Source: Chrysomallon squamiferum (lineage: Eukaryota; Animalia; Mollusca). From it: 64,000 nucleotides of DNA. The stretch covers positions 21,142,001 through 21,206,000 of the forward strand of contig CM022667.1 of assembly GCA_012295275.1 (NCBI GenBank), in the 5' to 3' direction. A program made the translations under genes and the position numbers. The notes beneath the pieces are model-generated. The model did not search any database. It had not been told where the DNA came from and worked only from the letters and a program-made list of their open reading frames with translations. Of this stretch, positions 35,237-49,515 are shown piece after piece; within the stretch, counting starts at the first letter, position 1, and every line of letters begins with the position of its first letter.

Positions 35237-36746
35237 TAAAATCTGCACATATCGCTTAAACAAAAGTAGTTTTATCTGGTTAAAATGGAAGAAATTGTGT
35301 AATTTGCTTTGATAAACCAGGATAAATAACCTGTGTTGCCGAACAGGTTTTTCTGAATGGATTTTAATTGGTTACAGCAGATGTAGTCTCTGATAATCTA
35401 CATTCCATGGACTTGCATCCGCTTTCAGACATTTTTAAATTAATAACACAGCCAGTCAGTATATAGTTTCTTATTAAATAATTCTATTAATTAAACGATA
35501 CATTCACAATATATGTTTCTTTTTTCGTTAAGTCATAGATCAACATAAATCGGAGATCGACTTGATTATGCCAGTTAACACTACTTTGTGATAACATATT
35601 TTTTTCGTATGTGTAGTTTTGACGTGTATTAACTTTATATCGTCTCACAGAGACCAAATGATCAGACTTTGTCATATAATCGAGAAACAAAAACCATTTC
35701 GACGTTTCAAAAATCAGCGTTGACAGTATCACGTGACCAGAACACGGTGATTACTAATTACAGAATTAATCATTTGAGAGAAAACATTTTTTTAAAAATG
35801 AGACAAGTACGAGACAAATCACTACGATACATGTTCGATTTATTTATTTACCAAACCTAGAAAAATTATTTAATGTAAAAAATGAAATAAAAATAACTTT
35901 TATTTTCGTTAGTTGTTTTGTTAACTACAAGTTATATTTATTAAAACTGCAGAATTTCATAAAAAAATATACAATTTTCAAATAAGTTTACTTATAAGGA
36001 AAACACTTCACTCGCTTAGTGCACCTTCATAAACCCGAGTACTAATTCATTTATTATGTGTGTTGTTCAGTACTTTTCTTCCTGTGTAATATTCAGTTTC
36101 CAACTTTTGTTCTAAGACATCTCAATTTGTATTGTTTTTTTCAGTTCGCAGACCTCTGAATCTGATTATGTAGTTTGTGGTAGAGCTTGTTGCTATAGTT
36201 ACACACATGACCTCGGTGTGTGTCACGAAGATCTGCTTGTTTCAGCGCTAAGAAAGCAGGTACAAGTCAACTGATGTTCACAACCATAACTTAAAATTCT
36301 GGCTCATCCACGGGAACTGAAAAATAAAAACATTCATAGTAATTATAATCAATTTAAAAAACATTTAATCTATGAAACTATTTATATTATGCATCAATGT
36401 ATTTTTATGTGTAGATATGTTTGCGTATTTTGTGAATGTACGTGTGTATATAAGTATCTGTATGTCTATTTCTATATATCTTGGAATGTATTTAAAGGTT
36501 TTTCTATCACAGTATTTCAAATTGATATTTCGCCTAAGGGGATTTCAGTGACATATATATATATATAAACATATCTGCTTAAAAGTCATAACAGAAAAGC
36601 TGGTCAGCACATTTCTGTATTATTTCATAATGTTATCTGTGTTGGCAAAGGTAAATATCTTAATATTTTACATTACTGGAAGAACTCCAGCTGATTTCTA
36701 AGTTACATATGTGAATACACACTCTTTAGCAGTACATGTGACTTAG

Positions 36747-36960
36747 CAGGGCGGATCTGTTATGAAATTAATGAAACTTGTGCTTCAGGCCCCTGTTAGC
36801 AGTGGTTACCAGATACCATTGCTGCTCGCGAAGGGTCCCGAACAGTTCAACGTTCAGAAATGTAGGCCCATCGCTGGTATTAAGACGATAGTATACGACA
36901 ACGTAATTTCACCAACTTTCATCGTTTGAATGAACACCTGATCAAATCGGTTTGTTAATA
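36747..36960 (+). mobile_element. hAT-Tip100 (Zaphod/MER45-like) terminal fragment
   Basis: CAGGGCGGATCTGTTATGAAATTAATGAAACTTGTGCTTCAGGCCCC resembles the MER45/Zaphod left end (CAGGGGCGGATTTACCGTGAAGCTAATGAAGCTTAAGCTTCAGGGCCCC). Other end not found; right boundary approximate. Confidence 0.5.
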
Positions 36961-37853
36961 TCCGAATCAGTAAACAAGTTAATTATCTGTTTGACTGCAT
37001 TTAGTTCACAATTTAGGTAGCACAAATAATGTGACAGAAAATAAGAAAGAAAAATCTTCTTAAAAAAGGATGATTATACAGATTATTTTAGTTCCAAATC
37101 TTTTTACCTTATTTTCTAAAATAATTAACAAGTTAAAATCTTTTGTAAACTTTTGCAATAATGTAATTGTTTTGGTTAAATTTTTATTTGAAGAATAAAA
37201 AAAATGCCGTCTGCAAACCAAACACATGATGACTGACGGTTTAACAAAGCCCATCTAAAACAGAACGCCGTCATCTTCTTACAGGTGACAAGAGAAGGCG
37301 CAGGGGAGTTAATAACTGTGAGGACAGCTTTCTGATCCCGGAATTACGTCTCGAAATATGACAGTAATGCCAGTTTTGCTGCAGATTGTGAAAGTTGTGA
37401 AACGACAGCTTTGTCTTCATCTATTATTATTATTATTATTATTGTTGTTGTTATTGAAACTGAAAATGAAAAACTCCATTCATCTTTCGCTGTAACAAAC
37501 AAGTAAAATTCTTTTTCGTCTTCTCGATTAAAAGCTGATTATTTGCGAACAGTCTTTGACAGTAATACCACGTGAGACAAATAAAAAGAATATATTTGGA
37601 CGGAGCCATCTTAAGATGATTATCAGACTAAAACAAGCTGTAGTAAATACATCAGCAGACGAGTCTACAATGTCACGTTCCAAGTCACTGGTTCTCACTA
37701 ACAAAATAGATTAATTAAATTTTATTTTTACATTTTACTTCCTTTCATTCTTTTTTCCTTGCTTTTCTTTCTTCTTCTTCTTCTTCTTCTTCTTATTTAT
37801 TTATTTTTTGATCAGAGTAGCCTAAATAATAATAATAAAACTTTTTTCATATA

Positions 37854-37903
<50 letters not shown>

Positions 37904-38047
37904 CGTATGTATGTAAAATTAAAATTTAATTAATCATATTTTTCTGGGTTGTTATTTTATTTTATTTTTTTTTTTTTTTGTTTCCTATCTATTTATTATA
38001 CGTGAAGGAAATCTAGAAGTAAAACAGTAAAAGAACTTTAAACTCAC

Positions 38048-38583
38048 TGCTTTCAGAAAATCTCTTTAGACGACTACGTTTCTTCTGTTTACTTGTAGAC
38101 GGACGCACAAAAGTGTAGACACAAGCTACAAATAAAGTTCAGCGTGTAGACTATCCTTGAAATGTGCGTACATACATACATACCTCATAGATTATAAAAT
38201 TACTTCGAAAATCTCTTCTTTTTATATTATTATTATTATTATAAAAGATCGAATATACATTATAAGTAGAAAATATTTAACAAACCGTATTTAGTAATAT
38301 AAGGCCCATTCGCTAACTCAAGTATGCTGTCCTCATGCAATTTCCGCCTTCTTTTTCGAATTTTTTTGCAGCATATCATTAATAAACCCACGAAAATACT
38401 TCCTCCAACAACCGAAACCAGGACGCCAAAGGTTCTCCCCTGAAAAGATTATAATCTGAAAAAAACGATGTAAACAAAACAAATTAACAAAATAAAATAA
38501 AATAAAATAATATAAACTTAGTTTACTTTCAAATTACACATTTTGTTGACATCTGTTTAATGATGATGATGATGATGATAATG

Positions 38584-38640
<57 letters not shown>

Positions 38641-40128
38641 GCACACATCTTTAACATAAGCCTTCCAGTAGAAAGGAAATCACGTAATAATTACATTCTG
38701 TAATAAACAGGCCTAGAATAATATTTTCAAAACCAACTCCGTGGGATCATGGGCTATTGTTTCTGAATATTAACAAAAAATGTATTAGTCTGTTCATTTC
38801 AAAACGCAGCTGGTTCACAAGAGCTGTCAGGTCTTTACAGACTTTGAATAAGTGATAGGTTAGAGCGAGGACGGTTTTGTATTAGTTAAATGAACATTTA
38901 CCAACACAATGGGACGGTTCAGTCTCTCTTTCGTCGGAGAAGTCGAAACAGTTGTCAACACCGTCGCAAGTAAGAGCTTTAGAGATACACACGCCGCTGT
39001 CACAGACGAAGTCTTCGCAGCCGTAACCTCAGTAAATATATTCAAGTTTAGTGTTTGAAATAACTGATTTGAGATAATCATTTATTCAGTACTTCTCGAA
39101 ACGAAAAATAAAATTATGAATATTTATCTTTTATTCTTATAGACCGAATATATCTGACCGAATCATAATTATAATAAGAATAATAATCTGTGGATTTGTT
39201 CATGATCAGAACTTACGTGATTTCGTGGCAGTTAGTACCAGTTTGAAATGGTAATTAGTTCTGTTGTTGTGATGTAACAAAATAGTCACCACTGAATGAT
39301 TGGTTACAAATGGCGAGATGAATCGAACAAAACATGTATATTTTATCTGCAAAATAGAGACATTACTTTTTAAATAAATATCAGATACATAAAAATACAT
39401 AACTAAAACACAATGCCTTTATTTTACATTCACTGTTTGTGTGCGTATGTGTGTCTGTGTCTGTGTGTGTGTGAGTGTGTGAGTATGTGTGTGTGTGTGT
39501 GTGTGTGTGAAACTGACTACAAAATAACAGTTATAAGTACTAAAGTGCTAAAGTGCAAAAGACAATTAGTACAAAATTCAAAAAAATTCGGGTACCCACC
39601 AATGGTTCTCGTGTGGTTATTCCCGACTCCACCCCGAATATATCGATCCTGACCTCGCAGTTATTCAGGGACATATCCAGTGCTCCGATCATCCATGGTT
39701 CTGAACTTCCGGTTGCAATAGTAATGTTACAGGGTCCAGTAAAACCAAGAGATCCTTGACCCATGATAGCAGCGCCATCTACATGCGAATAGTACGTATT
39801 GCAGTCAGTGTCCGGTAAAAAGACTGAAACATGATAAATAAACAATTAAATCCAAATACTTAACACAAATATATATTAACTACAGTTCAAAAATTATGAA
39901 TTAATGTCCTAGAGTGTTTCAGTAAAGAGTGAAATTAGGACAAAATGTATTATTATTACAGAATGAAAAATAAATAAATTAATAAATAAATAAAATATAG
40001 GAGAATATATACATATATAAAGCAAACAGAAAGAAACAAAACTATCCCAAACCTAAATATCTTCTGAAAAAATTTAGTGAAAATTAGTATTATCGTAAAA
40101 ATTATAATATTGTAATCTTTTTTAATTA

Positions 40129-40174
<46 letters not shown>

Positions 40175-41406
40175 AGAATAAGAAGACAATAATTTAAAAA
40201 GTTATTAGCCATCAAAAAAGTATTTTGTATTATATTAAAATAGCTAATAAAATCAAATTCACGCACTGTAACAGTATACATATTTAGAACTTAAGGCCCA
40301 GACTGCTCGACTTAGCAGATAAATATAAGAAATGTATTTAATTTTCACATTATTTCACTCAGTGCTTGGTTACTAGCTACGTCAGTGTGAAACGTCAGTG
40401 CTATATTCAAATCATCATCAGCTGTTGATTAACACACTCGAGAGATATGACGTTTTCTCTCTATATATTAATTATTACAGACAGAATGTTAATCTCATAT
40501 TTACTGTTTATTTATTCACAAATTTACACTGCTGTTGCTATTACTGGGTGTTTGTTTTATTGTTGTTGGACACGGGCCAGGTTTTGTGATAGAGAGAAAA
40601 ACAACGTCGTTACCGTATGTTACTTTATTTAAGAGTCACTGTAATATCTACAACTGTCCATTATGGTTTTCTGAAGACACACTTCATTATATTACACAAA
40701 TAACCTCCCTTGGTATGCAGTATCAAACCTTATATTACACCAATTTACACAGAATATTCAAATAGCTGGCAAACTGGCGTTACAGTGAATTATTACCAGA
40801 AATTCATCCAATGTGTTCCGAAAATGAAAGAAATGGTGTATTTTGATATGATCAAAAGGCTCTTACAAAACGATAACTTCACATCTTGATGTTTAGTATT
40901 ATGATAAACGTATATATCTTGTTATAGTATTAATATGGTCTGAATTAAAACACAACACTAAATACTTTAAAATATCTTTCAGTTTAAATATAGATATGAA
41001 TGTACTCTAACCACTTTTAATAGATAAGGCATTTGTATTCCATTTATCATATGTGAAGAGTTACATATAAAAGAGAATCTTGCAATACATTGTTATGGGT
41101 TGGGTGTAATTGGGTGTGTCGTCTCATTACTATGTAACACAATAAACATTTAAAACGTCCACCCTATTCTCTGAAATGTAATAATAATAATAATAATAAT
41201 AATATTTATAAAAAAAGGGACAAAGAAGGAAACACTTTTGAACTGAATCTATATATGATATCGCAGATATTTGATCGTAACAAAAATATTAAATAAATAT
41301 AATTAATGATCTTTTACTTACACACTTTACTTGGTTTTGACAAGGAGCAGCAGAACATCACTGAAATTATTAAAGACATTCTGAAAAAAACGAAAAAGAA
41401 TGCCAT
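38048..41406 (-). CDS. Type-I membrane protein: signal peptide + CUB-like domain + LDL-receptor class A repeat + TM + basic cytoplasmic tail (possibly frameshifted or pseudogenising; 3' end not resolved)
   Basis: Exons 41406-41322 (MAFFFVFFRMSLIISVMFCCSLSKPSKV), 39823-39600 and 39346-39217 (4-Cys beta-rich CUB-like, ends YHFKLVLTATKS), 39027-38902 (GCEDFVCDSGVCISKALTCDGVDNCFDFSDERETEPSHC, six-Cys LDLa with DxSDE), 38455 or 38439 to 38286 (TFGVLVSVVGGSIFVGLLMICCKKIRKRRRK), 38125-38048. A further exon probably starts near 37697. Confidence 0.72.
38561..38640. repeat. (GAT)n/(AAT)n trinucleotide microsatellite (representative of many TAA/TTA arrays, e.g. 6633, 15016, 19408, 20354, 30085, 35188, 40131, 54118)
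   Basis: Directly visible. These arrays generate the poly-L/I/N ORFs in the track. Confidence 0.95.
38902..39027 (-). CDS. LDLa-domain exon
   Basis: CxxFxCxSGxCIxxxLxCDGVDNCxDxSDE motif, in a frame different from the ORF-track translation of 38860-39081. Confidence 0.85.
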
Positions 41407-41501
41407 GACTTAAATCCATGACACAGCTCACTAAACTCTGCAGGACTAAATTTTCTCTTTGTTTTCCTTTTTCGCTTATTTTCTTCTTCTTTATTTTTTT
41501 T

Positions 41502-41533
<32 letters not shown>

Positions 41534-41589
41534 CTTCTTTTTCACTGCAACGTTTATGAGTCAGTTAAAAAAGTAAAATACCATGTTGC

Positions 41590-43049
41590 GTTCTGCGTTA
41601 TTCCACCGAATGTTGTTATACCTGATCACAGCGTGCTGTCCAGTGTCGCGAAATAATTTCATCCAAGCAACGTGGAATTTTCCAAAGCGCTGTTGACATT
41701 TTCTGAAGTCTTTGAAGATAAACCCTAGACATTCTTAATAGATCTATTTATATCAGAAGGCACTGTTAATCGTGATGATGATGATGACTACAACATTGTA
41801 TAACTTCACGGAATTACCATTCCAGAAAAGCGTGTATAATTTTTAACACTCTGAGGGATGAAGTAATTTTTAGCGTTCTTTCGTGTAGTTCAGTGACAAA
41901 GACTGAAACTTTCGCATAATTAATGGCAGGATCGATCGTGTTCGGTATTTTCACTGAACTGCTTCCCATTCCTTCTCCGGTAACGATGTTCGGATAGGTA
42001 CTTTCTGTGCCATATCATTATTATAAAAAAAACGACTGGAAGTTATTCATTCCATCAGGAATATATTAGTTGATAGGGGTTTTTCGTTTTAAAAATTAAC
42101 GCCATGTGCAATAAATAGTTTTACTAAAAATTTTAAAAGACTTTAAAAATACATCAGTGGGTCTTCAAAAATAGATCTAAGGACCTGTCGGATGAATGTT
42201 CAGCAGTCTCGAATTACAAAGAAAGATTCTGCTGTTTATTATTTTCAGAAAGTGGACGTCGCCAAGTTATTAAAATATCGTGTCTTCGGAAAATAATCCA
42301 GTATCAACACTGACCGCCCCCCCCCCCGACTTATTAATGCCAGGTGAGGGGCAATTTACACATGTATGTCCTCAAAGATTTCATTTAGATTTTAATGGTC
42401 ATTAGAGATTTATTTATAAGTAACAAAAGTGATGCAGTTAACCAGAAAATCACACGCGACAAAATAAAAGAAAAAACGATAAACATTATCTTTACCATCA
42501 TTAAAACACTAAACGACAGTGTCGAGATGATGTACACATGACCGGTGTAATGACTGAAAGTAGATAAAAAGTGCAAGCTAGAGTACTTTATTTTATTATT
42601 ACTATTTCTTTATTTATTTTTAATTTATTTATTTTGACATTAAAATAATAATAATAATATTTAACAAAAAAAAATAATAATAAAAATAAATATATATATA
42701 ATAATAATAAAGTTAAAAATTGTGTTCCAAATTATAGCTCTATGATTTTTATTTTATTAAGAAATTTTACTTGTCAGATTTTGAATAAATGGGAATTGGG
42801 AAGAAAGAAGTTTTGTTTCGAAATAGACTGATATATAATAGTGTCTAGAATAAAAAAATCATTTTTTGTAAGATGCGCATTTTTTTTTATTTCAGGAGAT
42901 CTTTCTTTTCCTTCGTTTATCTTATTGTCTTCGACGGTTGCTGGCCAACAATTAGAAAAATCGTCATCATCGTCTGGAATTTCGTAATAATCGTCATCAT
43001 CCATACTCTTTATACTCGCATCGTTTAGGCCGTTCAAAAAACCAAACAT
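41590..43049 (-). pseudogene. Possible decayed coding sequence of unknown family
   Basis: ATG 43049 opens MFGFLNGLNDASIKSMDDDDYYEIPDDDDDFSNCWP... Downstream, GC-richer minus-strand stretches give protein-like pieces broken by stops and frameshifts (e.g. IDLLRMSRVYLQRLQKMSTALWKIPRCLDEIISRHWTARCDQ). No family recognised. Confidence 0.3.
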
Positions 43050-43196
43050 GCGGATTGTGATACGTGCGTCTCTTGCAGTGTAAAACAATGAGAGTATACA
43101 ATACCTTTTCAAATTAACGTCGGATTATTTTCTGTTAAATATTGAATAATTGAGTGATAAGATCTTTCAAATGACATAACAATTGTGTTTTATTTT

Positions 43197-43228
<32 letters not shown>

Positions 43229-43790
43229 CAGAACTGAATAATCATATTGATTTTATCCAAAGAATATGAAAATTATGAAGCACAAATCTTGAAAACTGAC
43301 AATCTGTTTCAGACAACAAAACAAATATTAAATAATTGATAATATTTATTCCTTTTTAGCAGTTATTACAATCAAGAATTTTCATAATTCAGTTCAAGAG
43401 ATTCATCTAAACTAGATGTCATTAAGATCAGTTCCTTTTTCCCTTCTTTTTTTTTTTTTTTGAATTTGGTTTTATTTTTACTATTTATAAATGTCATACT
43501 AAAAACCTTTCTAAGGAACTCTGAGCTATTACTAAATTAAGGATAATTTAGTCAACATCTCACCAGTATCTAACTTTATAAAGAAAACCTTGATGTAATT
43601 AAGTGATTCAAGGCATGTCTCTTTATTAAGGTCTGTCACAATCCTTTAGTGTTTAAAAATGACACTGAGGAGTCCAGCTAAAACTCTTGGCACTTGTGAA
43701 AAGATTGCTGCCATCAGTCTAATTACCAGACCAGTCTGGTAGGCAATACACTAACCAATCAGTGGAGTCGCAAGTTTCAGCTGCTTCAGG

Positions 43791-46129
43791 TCAGTCAACA
43801 GGCTTGAGGAATGTTCTTTCTTTCTTCCCTCCAACATCTTCATCAGGCTCAACTGGCTTCTGTCGCTTCTTTGCCAGTTTCTTGGCAATGACACCAATTA
43901 AAGATGAGTACCTTGATAATATGGAACATGAAATTGAAATGATTAATATATTTGACCATTACTGGTACCATTGTATTACATTATTCCGAATTTTATGTTG
44001 ATCTGATGGTTTCTATTACAATTTCAATAACAATAAGATTTTTAGAAAAATTAAAATAAAGGGAACAAAGTGTCACATAATGAAGTATAGCATTATCATA
44101 ATTGAATGCTAAGTGCTCAGTTCTGATACCAGATTACACAAAAGTTTGGAAAAGAAGACATTTTCAATCAATTCATAAAACAGCTGAATATCATATCCAG
44201 GAATTACCTGAAATTAATAAACAGATATGAAAAGAAAGACAAAGTTTGCATATAAACTGAATTCTAAATGACTATTTTAGTAACTGAGATGACATCAAAT
44301 TTACTTGTTTATACATACTAATAAGTAATCTACTGCAACAATGGCTGGACGTTTTCAGTTGGTTTCTAAAATATTTGCAGCAATTGATCTGGCACCTTCT
44401 AGAATCAGATTGCTGAGTTAAAATGTAATGATGGTAAAATACATAAAATTACCAGCCACATTCAACGCATTTTGTGTAACAGCAACCATTTCATGAAATG
44501 ACTGAACATTTTAGGCAATATGTGAAATTACTGATTGTTTACGTTTTACAGACTGCTTGTTTATAAACATATTTTTACAAATTATTTCTGAAATCATTAT
44601 GTTAAACTAATCTTTCTGAAATTCACAAATTCTATTAACACTTTTATTATTATTTTAGTGCCACTATCTGTCACCACGGTTATGTACTCTGCACTGAGTT
44701 GTGCAACGTCATATTTCCCTACATCATATACATGTACTTTGTTAATGTACAATGATTTTTCAAGGCAGGGCAAAACGTGACTGATTGTGTGAATAAACTA
44801 TTCATAAAATCAACACAAAATTTTGTTTGACTTCAGTCCTTAAGTACATAGCATTTCTAGGTAGCTTTAGCTCTAAACTTTGAGAAGTCTTGAGAGTGTT
44901 TCAAAAAGATGAATTGGAATTTATCAGTGTTCTCCACATCTTTTTTCTATTATTTTATAATTTATTAGCTTTCTTTCTTTTTTTCTTCCTTTTTTTTTAA
45001 ATTGATGGTATAAGTATGATATCAGAATCAGAAACAATAGTTTTCTTAGCTTTGTGCTTGCTGTGATTTGACTGCAGGCAATAGTTACCTAACTGTTCAC
45101 ATTTTCTACGATGGAGCTACTCAACACTTCAAACAAAAATAAACCAAGTTTGAAAAACCAGTTTATGATATTAAAATCAAGTGATTAGTTTATTTCTTCA
45201 CTTGATTCAGCATTATAGAAATATTAATGATAATTGGAATCACACAATGCATTACATTACTGTTCTCTGTATGACCTAAAAACAAGTTAAATATCAGGAA
45301 TTTTGCAAAATAAATCACCTTTGTCCTAGAAGGGTTAGTATTTGGCAAAACCCAAAGTGCAAAGATTCCCATGCTATCTGGCCAATCTAAACTGCACTAA
45401 TTACATTCAAATCATTGTAATAACCTACTTATGATGGATCAAAATTGCTACTTAGCTTCTCTGGGTGAAAGATAAATACTTATTAAACACTTTTATGCAC
45501 AAATTCTGAAATAAATATTAATCTAGAATATAGACCATTATCTCCTTACTGGTCTGTGTATGAAGAGCCTACTTTCAGAGTTACATGTAACTTATTTAAT
45601 CAGATCAATTATATTTTCCGTTGCCATTTAAAATGAATATACATGATGTAATATGCTGAATACCTGTTAGCCATCTCATTGTCATCCACTTCAGTCTCCT
45701 TCTCCTTTTCCTCTGATATTTTCAGTTCTGCCACTGCACTGTGGACTTTCATTAATTTCTACATAAAAATAAATATAATTTAACTGGACTGAGGATAGAA
45801 CTTATAAAAAACATTTTAATGTTAAAGAAATTATTGATATCAGAATTCTGCTGTTGCCATTTCATTAATTTTTTTTTTGATAAGAAAAAAAAGACCTTTT
45901 ATAAAATAAATGGATTTCTGTTTTGCCTATCAAATCATGTTTAATAAATCATGCATGGAAACTGGACTATTGGAACAGCGAGGAATACATAAAACAAGCA
46001 GACTGATTATTATTATTCAGAAACTGTTAATGAAGAATAATTTAACAACTTAACATAAGAAAAAGAAATAAATGAAAAAAATTTGAATTTCAGTATCTTT
46101 AAAAAAATTATTTTGTCACTGCAATAATT

Positions 46130-46193
<64 letters not shown>

Positions 46194-49100
46194 AATAATT
46201 AATACTGATGGCAAATCAAATTATTTACTGATTTTATAAAAAAAATTTCTACTTGAATTACCTCTACTTCTGGGTTGAAACCTTTAAAAGACATTCGGCC
46301 AAAAACCAGATGTTCACAAACTGCATAGAGTGGTTCCTTATCAAACTTACTTCTGAAAATGTTGAAAATATTTTAAAAGATTATAATTTAACATTGACTG
46401 TTTGTTATAACTAATAATCATCTGAACTAGGAATTTTACATGATAAACATGTACTCATATGAATAGCCAAACATACAAATATATTTAAAAAAAACAAGCA
46501 GATCATGCCATATGTCTACATGTATATACTTTTAATTATTTTTTGTTTTTTAAATTGTCTTCATGTTTTTAGATTTAAAACAAAATGTTCTGAAACTGTT
46601 ACTGAAGTCATTCAATCAAAGGAAAAGAAAAAAAAAAAAAAAAATGATTAAAACAGTGCAAAGATTCCCATGCTATCTGGCCAATCTAAACTGCACTACT
46701 TACATTCAAATCATTGTTAAAAACCTACTTATGATGGACCATCATTGTAATTGTGCAGAGTTTAAAAACTGACACCAAATCCCAAATATCATGAAATCTA
46801 ACCTTGGTTAACAAGTAATATTTAATATTGTACCTGATATAAGCAATGAGTCTGGAACCCAGATACAGGTTGTCATAAAATATGGACATCTTAACACACA
46901 GGTTATCAAAACTTTATCAACATCACAATTTTCACTGTGGACACTGCCAAGAAAAGTTGTGATTTTGTTTTTTCAAATTGCATGCAACTTTTCTTTAAAA
47001 AAAAAGGGAAAAGAAAAGAAACAATTGATTCTTGAACCAGTTACAATATTACTTATGTATTACCATGCTTAGTCAGCATGGTTTAGATCATAGGTTTTCA
47101 ACCTGGGCGTCACCAGCCTTTTTGCTGGGGGTCGCAAGAACATTCTTGAGCAAGGGTATGTTTTAGCTGTTTTCAACTGGACTTGGAAGGAGGAATAAAT
47201 AAAAACGTGTAGGTAAGTTTGGGACCCATCATAGTGAATAGAGATTCATTTTGTACTGTCTTTGGTTGATGAAGATATGATAAAGGGATGTTCGGTCATA
47301 TTAAGTTGCTCATAAGGGTTGCATATGAAAAAGGTTGATGACCAGTGGTTTAGATAAACATGGTGTTTTCATAGAACGAACTACCTGTGCTAAAAACAGA
47401 GTTTGATTATATTAATTTATAGTTTGTTTAGCTTCATTTTTGTTTTAATTTTTACACAGTAATTGTTGGAAATTAATATTAAAATCTTTTTTGCTAACTG
47501 TTTAACTGGGGTGATCCCTGAATAATGCAATGAACTGAATGGAAACTGACATCTTTGGTGGTGCTGGTGGAAGATCTAAAACCCAGTGTTCATCATCTAC
47601 AATTTGGCTACTTTCACCGTCATTTAACTGTTGCTCTATTAGGAGAACACTCCTCTGCATAAACTACAAATAAAAAAAAAATTTAATGTATCCAGTTATC
47701 AAGCTAATCTATAATAGTAAAAAAAATAAAAAAATTAAAAAGGCCAAGCCGTAAAAATAATTTAAATATGATGTATCATTAAAACAACTCATGAAAATTA
47801 TATAAATTTTTTTGATGGCACGTAAACATTTTTGAGAAACTACAAAATACTTACCCAAGACATACCAAAGACAACATTTACCTCTGATAAATAAAATAAT
47901 CAAGATTTGGCTAGTCTTATTAATATTTAATAATATAAAATATAAAATAACTAACTCCAATAATAATTGAGTAACAACCCAGGCATCGGCAGATGATTGG
48001 CCCTTTGTTTCATTATTTTAATTCTTTGAGATGCCACCAGAGAACAACAGGAAACATACAGAATTTTATTTCTTTTTTATATAGTTATAAAAACAAACTT
48101 CCTCGCCTGTTTGTTTGTGTTTAGTGTTTTAATTACATTACATTGTCATATCTTTTGTATATAATTCATTGTGTTTGCACCATTTTTCAGGTTACCATCA
48201 TAAATATGGTATCATTTTATTGTCATTTTTCAGGTTACATCATAAATATTGTATAAAAAAAATTGTCATATTTATTGAATATATTGCTATAATTCGTTGA
48301 TATTTGTATGTATATATAAATTTGGATTTAATATGTTGAAACTCAATGTGGTTTGTCAGATATCACCAAGTATGATATGTTCTATTAAATGACTTTCAAT
48401 TATCCTTTTTAAAAGAAGATCACGGCAACTGGTAGTTATGAAACAAAAGTTGTCTCTGCACCATACCAAAAGGTTGACAGTTTTTTGTGATATGTAATTG
48501 CTTTCCTTGAAGTTGTTCCCTCATTTCGTCATTATTTAACAAATATTATGACTTAGTTAGCATACATATTCAGCTTATCTACATTTCCTGAAAATCATCA
48601 TAATGTGACAAAGTAACCATAATTGGCACTTTAAATCATATACAGTTTACACATGCCTTTCTCTCATAGTCTGCCACATTTCATACAAATATATAAAGTA
48701 GTAGGTACATAATTTAGAGTAGCAGGAAGTGTGGTGTTCTCAGCAAATGGGGCAGCCATAGCAACTGTTGCTGATGTTTATTTTACTACATGATTTAGTA
48801 ATTATTTAGCAAAATATTCCAGTTTAGTACAGTTTTAGAAAATAATTTCTTTCTGATAAAGATATTGATTACAAATGTTTATTAAGAAAGTTCTTATCAA
48901 GTTAGCTTTTTATGAACTTTTTGAGACCTGTATAAGGAAGGCATAACACAAATTAATGTTCTTAATTAATTAAGTGGTTCAAAATAAAAGAAAGAAAAAT
49001 GCTTGAAACTGTAAAGGCTTTTAAAGCTCATCAAAAATTTAATCTTCAGAAATTATCATATTGCATAATCATGATAATGGTTTAATTTTATGGAGTTTTG

Positions 49101-49393
49101 GTACCTAGAGAATTAAGGCATGATACATTTTGGCGAATTAGTGCAATTAATTAATTAAAATTCATTAGTATTAGCATAATATGTAGTAGCTCTAGAACTT
49201 ATCAACACCTTCATTTTGATATATAATCCATGTATATTGGTTTCACTGTTTGATTGTATGAGATATTTAGTGTTTCTGTTGCCAATTACAAGCAAACTTA
49301 ATTTAGATAAACATCGTAATGAATTTTGGATCACTATCAGTCCTACCAAAAAGATCTGGTGTCATGTTAATCAGCTTTTCAAACAAACAAACA

Positions 49394-49424
<31 letters not shown>

Positions 49425-49479
49425 ATTAATTTTACTTTATTTATTTAATTTTTATAAATTATTATTTTAATTATTAAAA

Positions 49480-49515
<36 letters not shown>

